DNA of 64,000 bases from assembly GCA_964057225.1 (NCBI GenBank), contig OZ059895.1, positions 19,406,001 through 19,470,000 of the forward strand, written 5' to 3'. Shown one piece after another: positions 13,901 to 27,300 of the stretch. Made by a program: the position numbers and the translations under genes. The DNA comes from Auanema rhodensis (lineage: Eukaryota > Animalia > Nematoda). Below the pieces are notes generated by a model. That model was not told where the DNA came from, made no database searches, and saw only the letters and a list, made by a program, of their open reading frames with translations. The first letter of the stretch is position 1. Every line of letters begins with the position of its first letter.

Positions 13901-16708
13901 TAGCATAAATTAAGGTCACGTAAATATCAAAGTCATGGTTACCATGCACCAATATCAATCAAAATTTGTTTTAAGACTAATATGGACATGAGAAATCTAT
14001 TTTTGAAAACCGCATCTCTTCATCTTTCACGTGAAGCAAGTTACATACCAAGTGCACATCACGTGTACATTTAATTAGCATAAATTAAAGTTCACGTAAA
14101 TTTCAAAGTCATGGTTACCATGCACCAATATCAATAAAAACTTGTTTTTAGACTAATATGGACATGGAGAATCTAATTTTGAAAACCGCATCTCTTCATC
14201 TTTCACGTGAAGCGAGTTACATACCAAGTGCACATCACGTGTACACTTAATTAGCATAAATTAAAGTTCACGTAAATTTCAAAGTTATGGTTAACATGCA
14301 CCAATATCGATAAAAGTTTTTTTTAGACTAATATGGACATGGGGAATTTAATTTTGGAAACCGCATCTCTTTCTCTTTGACGTGAAGCGAGTTACATACC
14401 AAGTGCACATCACGTGTACATTTAATTAGCATAAATTAAAGTTCACGTAAATTTCAAAGTCATGGTTACCATGCACCAATATCAATAAAAACTTGTTTTT
14501 AGACTAATATGGACATGGGGAATCTAATTTTGAAAACCGCATCTCTTTATCTTTCACGTGAAGCGAGTTACATACCAAGTGCACATCACGTGTACATTTA
14601 ATTAGCATAAATTAAGGTCACGTAAATATCAAAGTCATGGTTACCATGCACCAATATCAATCAAAATTTGTTTTAAGACTAATATGGACATGAGAAATCT
14701 ATTTTTGAAAACCGCATCTCTTCATCTTTCACGTGAAGCAAGTTACATAGCAAGTGCACATCACGTGTACATTTAATTAGCATAAATTAAAGTTCACGTA
14801 AATATCAAAGTCATGGTTACCATGCACCAATATCGATAAAAATTGGTTTGAGACTAATATGGACATGAGAAATCTAATTTTGAAAACCGCATCTCTTCAT
14901 CTTTCACGTGAAGCGAGTTACATACCAAGTGCACATCACGTGTACATTTAATTAGCATAAATTAAAGTTCACGTAAATTTCAAAGTCATGGTTACCATGC
15001 ACCAATACCAATACTAATTTGTTTTTAGACTAATATGGACATGGGGAATCTAATTTTGAAAACCGCATCTCTTTTTCTTTCACGTGAAGCGAGTTACATA
15101 CCAAGTGCACATCATGTGTACACTTAATAAGCATAAATTAAAGTTCACGTAAATTTCAAAGTCATGGTTACCATGCACCAAAATCAATAAAAATTTGTTT
15201 TTAGACTAATATGGACATGGGGAATCTAATTTTGGAAACCGCATCTCTTCATCTTTCACGTGAAGCCAGTTACATACCAAGTGCACATCACGTGTACATT
15301 TAATTAGCATAAATTAAAGTTCACGTAAATTTCAAAGTCATGGTTACCATGCACCAATATCAATAAAAATTTGTTTTTAGACTAATATGGACATGGGGAA
15401 TCTATTTTTGAAAACCGCATCTCTTCATCTTTCACGTGAAGCGAGTTACATACCAAGTGCACATCACGTGTACACTTAATTAGCATAAATTAAAGTTCAC
15501 GTAAATTTCAAAGTCATGGTTAACATGCACCAATATCAATAAAAATTTGTTTTTAGACTAATATGGACATGGGGAATCTAATTTTGAAAATCGCATCTCT
15601 TTATCTTTCACGTGAAGCGAGTTACATACCAAGTGCACAACACGTGTACATTTAATTAGCATAAATTAAGGTCACGTAAATATCAAAGTCATGGTTACCA
15701 TGCACCAATATCAATCAAAATTTGTTTTAAGACTAATATGGACATGAGAAATCTATTTTTGAAAACCGCATCTCTTCATCTTTCACGTGAAGCAAGTTAC
15801 ATACCAAGTGCACATCACGTGTACATTTAATTAGCATAAATTAAAGTTCACGTAAATATCAAAGTCATGGTTACCATGCACCAATATCGATAAAAATTTG
15901 TTTTAAGACTAATATGGACATGAGAAATCTAATTTTGAAAACCGCATCTCTTCATCTTTCACGTGAAGCGAGTTACATACCAAGTGCACATCACGTGTAC
16001 ATTTAATTAGCATAAATTAAAGTTCACGTAAATTTCAAAGTCATGGTTACCATGCACCAATATCAATAAAAACTTGTTTTTAGACTAATATGGACATAGG
16101 GAATCTACATTTGAAAACCACATCTCTTTATCTTTCACGTGAAGCGAGTTACATACCAAGTGCACATCACGTGTACATTTAATTAGCATAAATTAAAGTT
16201 CACGTAAATTTCAAAGTAATGGTTACCATGCACCAATATCAATAAAAATTTGTTTTAAGACTAATATGGACATGAGAAATCTATTTTTGAAAACCGCATC
16301 TCTTCATCTTTCACGTGAAGCAAGTTACATACCAAGTGCACATCACGTGTACATTTAATTAGCATAAATTAAAGTTCACGTAAATTTCAAAGTCATGGTT
16401 ACCATGCACCAATATCAATAAAAATTTGTTTTAAGACTAATATGGACATGAGAAATCTAATTTTGAAAACCGCATCTCTTCATCTTTCACGTGAAGCGAG
16501 TTACATACCAAGTGCACATCACGTGTACATTTAATTAGCATAAATTAAAGTTCACGTAAATTTCAAAGTCATGGTTAACATGCACCAATATCAATAAAAA
16601 TTAGTTTTTAGACTAATATGGACATGGGGAATCTAATTTTGAAAACCGCATCTCTTTATCTTTCACGTGAAGCGAGTTACATACCAAGTGCACATCACGT
16701 GTACATTT

Positions 16709-17761
16709 AATTAGCATTAATTAAGGTCACGTAAATATCAAAGTCATGGTTACCATGCATCAATATCAATCAAAATTTGTTTTAAGACTAATATGGACAT
16801 GAGAAATCTATTTTTGAAAACCGCATCTCTTCATCTTTCACGTGAAGCAAGTTACATACCAAGTGCACATCACGTGTACATTTAATTAGCATAAATTAAA
16901 GTTCACGTAAATATCAAAGTCATGGTTACCATGCACCAATATCGATAAAAATTTGTTTTAAGACTAATATGGACATGAGAAATCTAATTTTGAAAACCGC
17001 ATCTCTTCATCTTTCACGTGAAGCGAGTTACATACCAAGTGCACATCACGTGTACATTTAATTAGCATAAATTAAGGTCACGTAAATATCAAAGTCATGG
17101 TTACCATGCATCAATATCAATCAAAATTTGTTTTAAGACTAATATGGACATGAGAAATCTATTTTTGAAAACCGCATCTCTTCATCTTTCACGTGAAGCA
17201 AGTTACATACCAAGTGCACATCACGTGTACATTTAATTAGCATAAATTAAAGTTCACGTAAATATCAAAGTCATGGTTACCATGCACCAATATCGATAAA
17301 AATTAGTTTTTAGACTAATATGGACATGGGGAATCTAATTTTGAAAACCGCATCTCTTTATCTTTCACGTGAAGCGAGTTACATACCAAGTGCACATCAC
17401 GTGTACATTTAATTAGCATAAATTAAGGTCACGTAAATATCAAAGTCATGGTTACCATGCATCAATATCAATCAAAATTTGTTTTAAGACTAATATGGAC
17501 ATGAGAAATCTATTTTTGAAAACCGCATCTCTTCATCTTTCACGTGAAGCAAGTTACATACCAAGTGCACATCACGTGTACATTTAATTAGCATAAATTA
17601 AAGTTCACGTAAATATCAAAGTCATGGTTACCATGCACCAATATCGATAAAAATTTGTTTTAAGACTAATATGGACATGAGAAATCTAATTTTGAAAACC
17701 GCATCTCTTCATCTTTCACGTGAAGCGAGTTACATACCAAGTGCACATCACGTGTACATTT
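16709..17761. repeat. 351-bp dimer repeat (175+176) x3; similar triplets at 23565-24617 and 25850-26902
   Basis: AAGGTCAC occurs at 16723, 17074 and 17425 (spacing 351). Each is followed by an AAATATC/TATCGAT monomer. Confidence 0.8.
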
Positions 17762-20700
17762 AATTAGCATAAATTAAAGTTCACGTAAATTTCAAAGTCA
17801 TGGTTACCATGCACCAATATCAATAAAAACTTGTTTTTAGACTAATATGGACATAGGGAATCTACATTTGAAAACCACATCTCTTTATCTTTCACGTGAA
17901 GCAAGTTACATACCAAGTGCACATCACGTGTACATTTAATTAGCATAAATTAAAGTTCACGTAAATATCAAAGTCATGGTTACCATGCACCAATATCGAT
18001 AAAAATTTGTTTTAAGACTAATATGGACATGAGAAATCTAATTTTGAAAACCGCATCTCTTCATCTTTCACGTGAAGCGAGTTACATACCAAGTGCACAT
18101 CACGTGTACATTTAATTAGCATAAATTAAGGTCACGTAAATATCAAAGTCATGGTTACCATGCATCAATATCAATCAAAATTTGTTTTAAGACTAATATG
18201 GACATGAGAAATCTATTTTTGAAAACCGCATCTCTTCATCTTTCACGTGAAGCAAGTTACATACCAAGTGCACATCACGTGTACATTTAATTAGCATAAA
18301 TTAAAGTTCACGTAAATATCAAAGTCATGGTTACCATGCACCAATATCGATAAAAATTAGTTTTAAGACTAATATGGACATGGGGAATCTAATTTTGAAA
18401 ACCGCATCTCTTTATCTTTCACGTGAAGCGAGTTACATACCAAGTGCACATCACGTGTACATTTAATTAGCATAAATTAAGGTCACGTAAATATCAAAGT
18501 CATGGTTACCATGCATCAATATCAATCAAAATTTGTTTTAAGACTAATATGGACATGAGAAATCTATTTTTGAAAACCGCATCTCTTCATCTTTCACGTG
18601 AAGCAAGTTACATACCAAGTGCACATCACGTGTACATTTAATTAGCATAAATTAAAGTTCACGTAAATATCAAAGTCATGGTTACCATGCACCAATATCG
18701 ATAAAAATTTGTTTTAAGACTAATATGGACATGAGAAATCTAATTTTGAAAACCGCATCTCTTCATCTTTCACGTGAAGCGAGTTACATACCAAGTGCAC
18801 ATCACGTGTACATTTAATTAGCATAAATTAAAGTTCACGTAAATTTCAAAGTCATGGTTACCATGCACCAATATCAATAAAAACTTGTTTTTAGACTAAT
18901 ATGGACATAGGGAATCTACATTTGAAAACCACATCTCTTTATCTTTCACGTGAAGCGAGTTACATACCAAGTGCACATCACGTGTACATTTAATTAGCAT
19001 AAATTAAAGTTCACGTAAATTTCAAAGTAATGGTTACCATGCACCAATATCAATAAAAATTTGTTTTAAGACTAATATGGACATGAGAAATCTATTTTTG
19101 AAAACCGCGTCTCTTCATCTTTCACGTGAAGCAAGTTACATACCAAGTGCACATCACGTGTACATTTAATTAGCATAAATTAAAGTTCACGTAAATATCA
19201 AAGTCATGGTTACCATGCACCAATATCAATAAAAACTTGTTTTTAGACTAATATGGACATGGAGAATCTAATTTTGAAAACCGCATCTCTTCATCTTTCA
19301 CGTGAAGCGAGTTACATACCAAGTGCACATCACGTGTACACTTAATTAGCATAAATTAAAGTTCACGTAAATATCAAAGTCATGGTTACCATGCACCAAT
19401 ATCGATAAAAATTTGTTTTAAGACTAATATGGACATGAGAAATCTAATTTTGAAAACCGCATCTCTTCATCTTTCACGTGAAGCGAGTTACATACCAAGT
19501 GCACATCACGTGTACATTTAATTAGCATAAATTAAAGTTCACGTAAATTTCAAAGTCATGGTTAACATGCACCAATATCAATAAAAATTAGTTTTTAGAC
19601 TAATATGGACATGGGGAATCTAATTTTGAAAACCGCATCTCTTTATCTTTCACGTGAAGCGAGTTACATACCAAGTGCACATCACGTGTACATTGAATTA
19701 GCATAAATTAAAGTTCACATAAATTTCAAAGTCATGGTTACCATGCACCAATATCAATAAAAACTTGTTTTTAGACTAATATGGACATAGGGAATCTACA
19801 TTTGAAAACCACATCTCTTTATCTTTCACGTGAAGCGAGTTACATACCAAGTGCACATCACGTGTACATTTAATTAGCATAAATTAAAGTTCACGTAAAT
19901 TTCAAAGTCATGGTTACCATGCACCAATATCAATAAAAATTTGTTTTTAGACTAATATGGACATGGGGAATCTATTTTTGAAAACCGCATCTCTTCATCT
20001 TTCACGTGAAGCGAGTTACATACCAAGTGCACATCACGTGTACACTTAATTAGCATAAATTAAAGTTCACGTAAATTTCAAAGTCATGGTTACCATGCAC
20101 CAATATCAATCAAAATTTGTTTTAAGACTAATATGGACATGAGAAATCTATTTTTGAAAACCGCATCTCTTCATCTTTCACGTGAAGCAAGTTACATACC
20201 AAGTGTACATCACGTGTACATTTAATTAGCATAAATTAAAGTTCACGTAAATTTTAAAGTCATGGTTACCATGCACCAATACCAATACTAATTTGTTTTT
20301 AGACTAATATGGACATGGGGAATCTAATTTTGAAAACCGCATCTCTTTTTCTTTCACGTGAAGCGAGTTACATACCAAGTGCACATCATGTGTACACTTA
20401 ATAAGCATAAATTAAAGTTCACGTAAATTTCAAAGTCATGGTTACCATGCACCAAAATCAATAAAAATTTTTTTTAGACTAATATGGACATGGGGAATCT
20501 AATTTTGAAAACCGCATCTCTTCATCTTTCACGTGAAGCCAGTTACATACCAAGTGCACATCACGTGTACATTTAATTAGCATAAATTAAAGTTCACGTA
20601 AATTTCAAAGTCATGGTTACCATGCACCAATATCAATAAAAATTTGTTTTTAGACTAATATGGACATGGGGAATCTATTTTTGAAAACCGCATCTCTTCA

Positions 20701-21101
20701 TCTTTCACGTGAAGCGAGTTACATACCAAGTGCACATCACGTGTACACTTAATTAGCATAAATTAAAGTTCACGTAAATTTCAAAGTCATGGTTAACATG
20801 CACCAATATCAATAAAAATTTGTTTTTAGACTAATATGGACATGGGGAATCTAATTTTGAAAACCGCATCTCTTTATCTTTCACGTGAAGCGAGTTACAT
20901 ACCAAGTGCACATCACGTGTACATTTAATTAGCATAAATTAAGGTCACGTAAATATCAAAGTCATGGTTACCATGCACCAATATCAATCAAAATTTGTTT
21001 TAAGACTAATATGGACATGAGAAATCTATTTTTGAAAACCGCATCTCTTTATCTTTCACGTGAAGCAAGTTACATACCAAGTGTACATCACGTGTACATT
21101 T

Positions 21102-22157
21102 AATTAGCATAAATTAAAGTTCACGTAAATTTCAAAGTCATGGTTACCATGCACCAATATCAATAAAAACTTGTTTTTAGACTAATATGGACATGGAGAA
21201 TCTAATTTTGAAAACCGCATCTCTTCATCTTTCACGTGAAGCGAGTTACATACCAAGTGCACATCACGTGTACACTTATTTAGCATAAATTAAAGTTCAC
21301 GTAAATTTCAAAGTTATGGTTAACATGCACCAATATCGATAAAAATTTGTTTTAAGACTAATATGGACATGAGAAATCTAATTTTGAAAACCGCATCTCT
21401 TCATCTTTCATGTGAAGCGAGTTACATACCAAGTGCACATCACGTGTACACTTAATTAGCATAAATTAAAGTTCACGTAAATTTCAAAGTTATGGTTAAC
21501 ATGCACCAATATCGATAAAAATTTGTTTTAAGACTAATATGGACATGAGAAATCTAATTTTGAAAACCGCATCTCTTCATCTTTCACGTGAAGCGAGTTA
21601 CATACCATGTGCACATCACGTGTACATTTAATTAGCATAAATTAAAGTTCACGTAAATTTCAAAGTCATGGTTACCATGCACCAATATCAATAAAAACTT
21701 GTTTTTAGACTAATATGGACATGGAGAATCTAATTTTGAAAACCGCATCTCTTCATCTTTCACGTGAAGCGAGTTACATACCAAGTGCACATCACGTGTA
21801 CACTTATTTAGCATAAATTAAAGTTCACGTAAATTTCAAAGTTATGGTTAACATGCACCAATATCGATAAAAATTTGTTTTAAGACTAATATGGACATGA
21901 GAAATCTAATTTTGAAAACCGCATCTCTTCATCTTTCATGTGAAGCGAGTTACATACCAAGTGCACATCACGTGTACACTTAATTAGCATAAATTAAAGT
22001 TCACGTAAATTTCAAAGTTATGGTTAACATGCACCAATATCGATAAAAATTTGTTTTAAGACTAATATGGACATGAGAAATCTAATTTTGAAAACCGCAT
22101 CTCTTCATCTTTCACGTGAAGCGAGTTACATACCATGTGCACATCACGTGTACATTT
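21102..22157. repeat. Tandem duplication of a 3-monomer (528-bp) unit
   Basis: Rare variants CACTTATTTAGC (21279 and 21807), TTTCATGTG and TACCATGTGC each repeat at a 528-bp offset. Confidence 0.85.
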
Positions 22158-22739
22158 AATTAGCATAAATTAAAGTTCACGTAAATTTCAAAGTCATGGT
22201 TACCATGCACCAATATCAATAAAAACTTGTTTTTAGACTAATATGGACATGGGGAATCTAATTTTGAAAACCGCATCTCTTTATCTTTCACGTGAAGCGA
22301 GTTACATACCAAGTGCACATCACGTGTACATTTAATTAGCATAAATTAAGGTCACGTAAATATCAAAGTCATGGTTACCATGCACCAATATCAATCAAAA
22401 TTTGTTTTAAGACTAATATGGACATGAGAAATCTATTTTTGAAAACCGCATCTCTTCATCTTTCACGTGAAGCAAGTTACATACCAAGTGCACATCACGT
22501 GTACATTTAATTAGCATAAATTAAAGTTCACGTAAATATCAAAGTCATGGTTACCATGCACCAATATCGATAAAAATTTGTTTTAAGACTAATATGGACA
22601 TGAGAAATCTAATTTTGAAAACCGCATCTCTTCATCTTTCACGTGAAGCGAGTTACATACCAAGTGGACATCACGTGTACATTTAATTAGCATAAATTAA
22701 AGTTCACGTAAATTTCAAAGTCATGGTTACCATGCACCA

Positions 22740-25700
22740 ATATCAATAAAAACTTGTTTTTAGACTAATATGGACATAGGGAATCTACATTTGAAAACCA
22801 CATCTCTTTATCTTTCACGTGAAGCGAGTTACATACCAAGTGCACATCACGTGTACATTTAATTAGCATAAATTAAAGTTCACGTAAATTTCAAAGTAAT
22901 GGTTACCATGCACCAATATCAATAAAAATTTGTTTTAAGACTAATATGGACATGATAAATCTATTTTTGAAAACCGCATCTCTTCATCTTTCACGTGAAG
23001 CAAGTTACATACCAAGTGCACATCACGTGTACATTTAATTAGCATAAATTAAAGTTCACGTAAATTTCAAAGTCATGGTTACCATGCACCAATATCAATA
23101 AAAACTTGTTTTTAGACTAATATGGACATGGAGAATCTAATTTTGAAAACCGCATCTCTTCATCTTTCACGTGAAGCGAGTTACATACCAAGTGCACATC
23201 ACGTGTACACTTAATTAGCATAAATTAAAGTTCACGTAAATTTCAAAGTTATGGTTAACATGCACCAATATCGATAAAAATTTGTTTTAAGACTAATATG
23301 GACATGAGAAATCTAATTTTGAAAACCGCATCTCTTCATCTTTCACGTGAAGCGAGTTACATACCAAGTGCACATCACGTGTACATTTAATTAGCATAAA
23401 TTAAAGTTCACGTAAATTTCAAAGTCATGGTTAACATGCACCAATATCAATAAAAATTAGTTTTTAGACTAATATGGACATGGGGAATCTAATTTTGAAA
23501 ACCGCATCTCTTTATCTTTCACGTGAAGCGAGTTACATACCAAGTGCACATCACGTGTACATTTAATTAGCATAAATTAAGGTCACGTAAATATCAAAGT
23601 CATGGTTACCATGCATCAATATCAATCAAAATTTGTTTTAAGACTAATATGGACATGAGAAATCTATTTTTGAAAACCGTATCTCTTCATCTTTCACGTG
23701 AAGAAAGTTACATACCAAGTGCACATCACGTGTACATTTAATTAGCATAAATTAAAGTTCACGTAAATATCAAAGTCATGGTTACCATGCACCAATATCG
23801 ATAAAAATTTGTTTTAAGACTAATATGGACATGAGAAATCTAATTTTGAAAACCGCATCTCTTCATCTTTCACGTGAAGCGAGTTACATACCAAGTGCAC
23901 ATCACGTGTACATTTAATTAGCATAAATTAAGGTCACGTAAATATCAAAGTCATGGTTACCATGCATCAATATCAATCAAAATTTGTTTTAAGACTAATA
24001 TGGACATGAGAAATCTATTTTTGAAAACCGCATCTCTTCATCTTTCACGTGAAGCAAGTTACATACCAAGTGCACATCACGTGTACATTTAATTAGCATA
24101 AATTAAAGTTCACGTAAATATCAAAGTCATGGTTACCATGCACCAATATCGATAAAAATTAGTTTTTAGACTAATATGGACATGGGGAATCTAATTTTGA
24201 AAACCGCATCTCTTTATCTTTCACGTGAAGCGAGTTACATACCAAGTGCACATCACGTGTACATTTAATTAGCATAAATTAAGGTCACGTAAATATCAAA
24301 GTCATGGTTACCATGCATCAATATCAATCAAAATTTGTTTTAAGACTAATATGGACATGAGAAATCTATTTTTGAAAACCGCATCTCTTCATCTTTCACG
24401 TGAAGCAAGTTACATACCAAGTGCACATCACGTGTACATTTAATTAGCATAAATTAAAGTTCACGTAAATATCAAAGTCATGGTTACCATGCACCAATAT
24501 CGATAAAAATTTGTTTTAAGACTAATATGGACATGAGAAATCTAATTTTGAAAACCGCATCTCTTCATCTTTCACGTGAAGCGAGTTACATACCAAGTGC
24601 ACATCACGTGTACATTTAATTAGCATAAATTAAAGTTCACGTAAATTTCAAAGTCATGGTTACCATGCACCAATATCAATAAAAACTTGTTTTTAGACTA
24701 ATATGGACATAGGGAATCTACATTTGAAAACCACATCTCTTTATCTTTCACGTGAAGCGAGTTACATACCAAGTGCACATCACGTGTACATTTAATAAGC
24801 ATAAATTAAAGTTCACGTAAATTTCAAAGTAATGGTTACCATGCACCAATATCAATAAAAATTTGTTTTAAGACTAATATGGACATGAGAAATCTTCTTT
24901 TGAAAACCGCGTCTCTTCATCTTTCACGTGAAGCAAGTTACATACCAAGTGCACATCACGTGTACATTTAATTAGCATAAATTAAAGTTCACGTAAATAT
25001 GAAAGTCATGGTTACCATGCACCAATATCAATAAAAACTTGTTTTTAGACTAATATGGACATAGGGAATCTACATTTGAAAACCACATCTCTTTATCTTT
25101 CACGTGAAGCGAGTTACATACCAAGTGCACATCACGTGTACATTTAATTAGCATAAATTAAAGTTCACGTAAATTTCAAAGTAATGGTTACCATGCACCA
25201 ATATCAATAAAAATTTGTTTTAAGACTAATATGGACATGATAAATCTATTTTTGAAAACCGCATCTCTTCATCTTTCACGTGAAGCAAGTTACATACCAA
25301 GTGCACATCACGTGTACATTTAATTAGCATAAATTAAAGTTCACGTAAATTTCAAAGTCATGGTTACCATGCACCAATATCAATAAAAACTTGTTTTTAG
25401 ACTAATATGGACATGGAGAATCTAATTTTGAAAACCGCATCTCTTCATCTTTCACGTGAAGCGAGTTACATACCAAGTGCACATCACGTGTACACTTAAT
25501 TAGCATAAATTAAAGTTCACGTAAATTTCAAAGTTATGGTTAACATGCACCAATATCGATAAAAATTTGTTTTAAGACTAATATGGACATGAGAAATCTA
25601 ATTTTGAAAACCGCATCTCTTCATCTTTCACGTGAAGCGAGTTACATACCAAGTGCACATCACGTGTACATTTAATTAGCATAAATTAAAGTTCACGTAA

Positions 25701-27300
25701 ATTTCAAAGTCATGGTTAACATGCACCAATATCAATAAAAATTAGTTTTTAGACTAATATGGACATGGGGAATCTAATTTTGAAAACCGCATCTCTTTAT
25801 CTTTCACGTGAAGCGAGTTACATACCAAGTGCACATCACGTGTACATTTAATTAGCATAAATTAAGGTCACGTAAATATCAAAGTCATGGTTACCATGCA
25901 TCAATATCAATCAAAATTTGTTTTAAGACTAATATGGACATGAGAAATCTATTTTTGAAAACCGCATCTCTTCATCTTTCACGTGAAGCAAGTTACATAC
26001 CAAGTGCACATCACGTGTACATTTAATTAGCATAAATTAAAGTTCACGTAAATATCAAAGTCATGGTTACCATGCACCAATATCGATAAAAATTTGTTTT
26101 AAGACTAATATGGACATGAGAAATCTAATTTTGAAAACCGCATCTCTTCATCTTTCACGTGAAGCGAGTTACATACCAAGTGCACATCACGTGTACATTT
26201 AATTAGCATAAATTAAGGTCACGTAAATATCAAAGTCATGGTTACCATGCATCAATATCAATCAAAATTTGTTTTAAGACTAATATGGACATGAGAAATC
26301 TATTTTTGAAAACCGCATCTCTTCATCTTTCACGTGAAGCAAGTTACATACCAAGTGCACATCACGTGTACATTTAATTAGCATAAATTAAAGTTCACGT
26401 AAATATCAAAGTCATGGTTACCATGCACCAATATCGATAAAAATTAGTTTTTAGACTAATATGGACATGGGGAATCTAATTTTGAAAACCGCATCTCTTT
26501 ATCTTTCACGTGAAGCGAGTTACATACCAAGTGCACATCACGTGTACATTTAATTAGCATAAATTAAGGTCACGTAAATATCAAAGTCATGGTTACCATG
26601 CATCAATATCAATCAAAATTTGTTTTAAGACTAATATGGACATGAGAAATCTATTTTTGAAAACCGCATCTCTTCATCTTTCACGTGAAGCAAGTTACAT
26701 ACCAAGTGCACATCACGTGTACATTTAATTAGCATAAATTAAAGTTCACGTAAATATCAAAGTCATGGTTACCATGCACCAATATCGATAAAAATTTGTT
26801 TTAAGACTAATATGGACATGAGAAATCTAATTTTGAAAACCGCATCTCTTCATCTTTCACGTGAAGCGAGTTACATACCAAGTGCACATCACGTGTACAT
26901 TTAATTAGCATAAATTAAAGTTCACGTAAATTTCAAAGTCATGGTTACCATGCACCAATATCAATAAAAACTTGTTTTTAGACTAATATGGACATAGGGA
27001 ATCTACATTTGAAAACCACATCTCTTTATCTTTCACGTGAAGCGAGTTACATACCAAGTGCACATCACGTGTACATTTAATTAGCATAAATTAAAGTTCA
27101 CGTAAATTTCAAAGTAATGGTTACCATGCACCAATATCAATAAAAATTTGTTTTAAGACTAATATGGACATGAGAAATCTATTTTTGAAAACCGCGTCTC
27201 TTCATCTTTCACGTGAAGCAAGTTACATACCAAGTGCACATCACGTGTACATTTAATTAGCATAAATTAAAGTTCACGTAAATATCAAAGTCATGGTTAC
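22740..27300. repeat. Tandem duplication of a ~13-monomer (2285-bp) unit; boundaries approximate
   Basis: The private variant CATGATAAAT lies at 22956 and 25241 (offset 2285 = 13x176-3). CCGCGTC (~24911, 27196) and the dimer triplet also repeat at this offset. A few SNPs differ between the copies. Confidence 0.8.
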
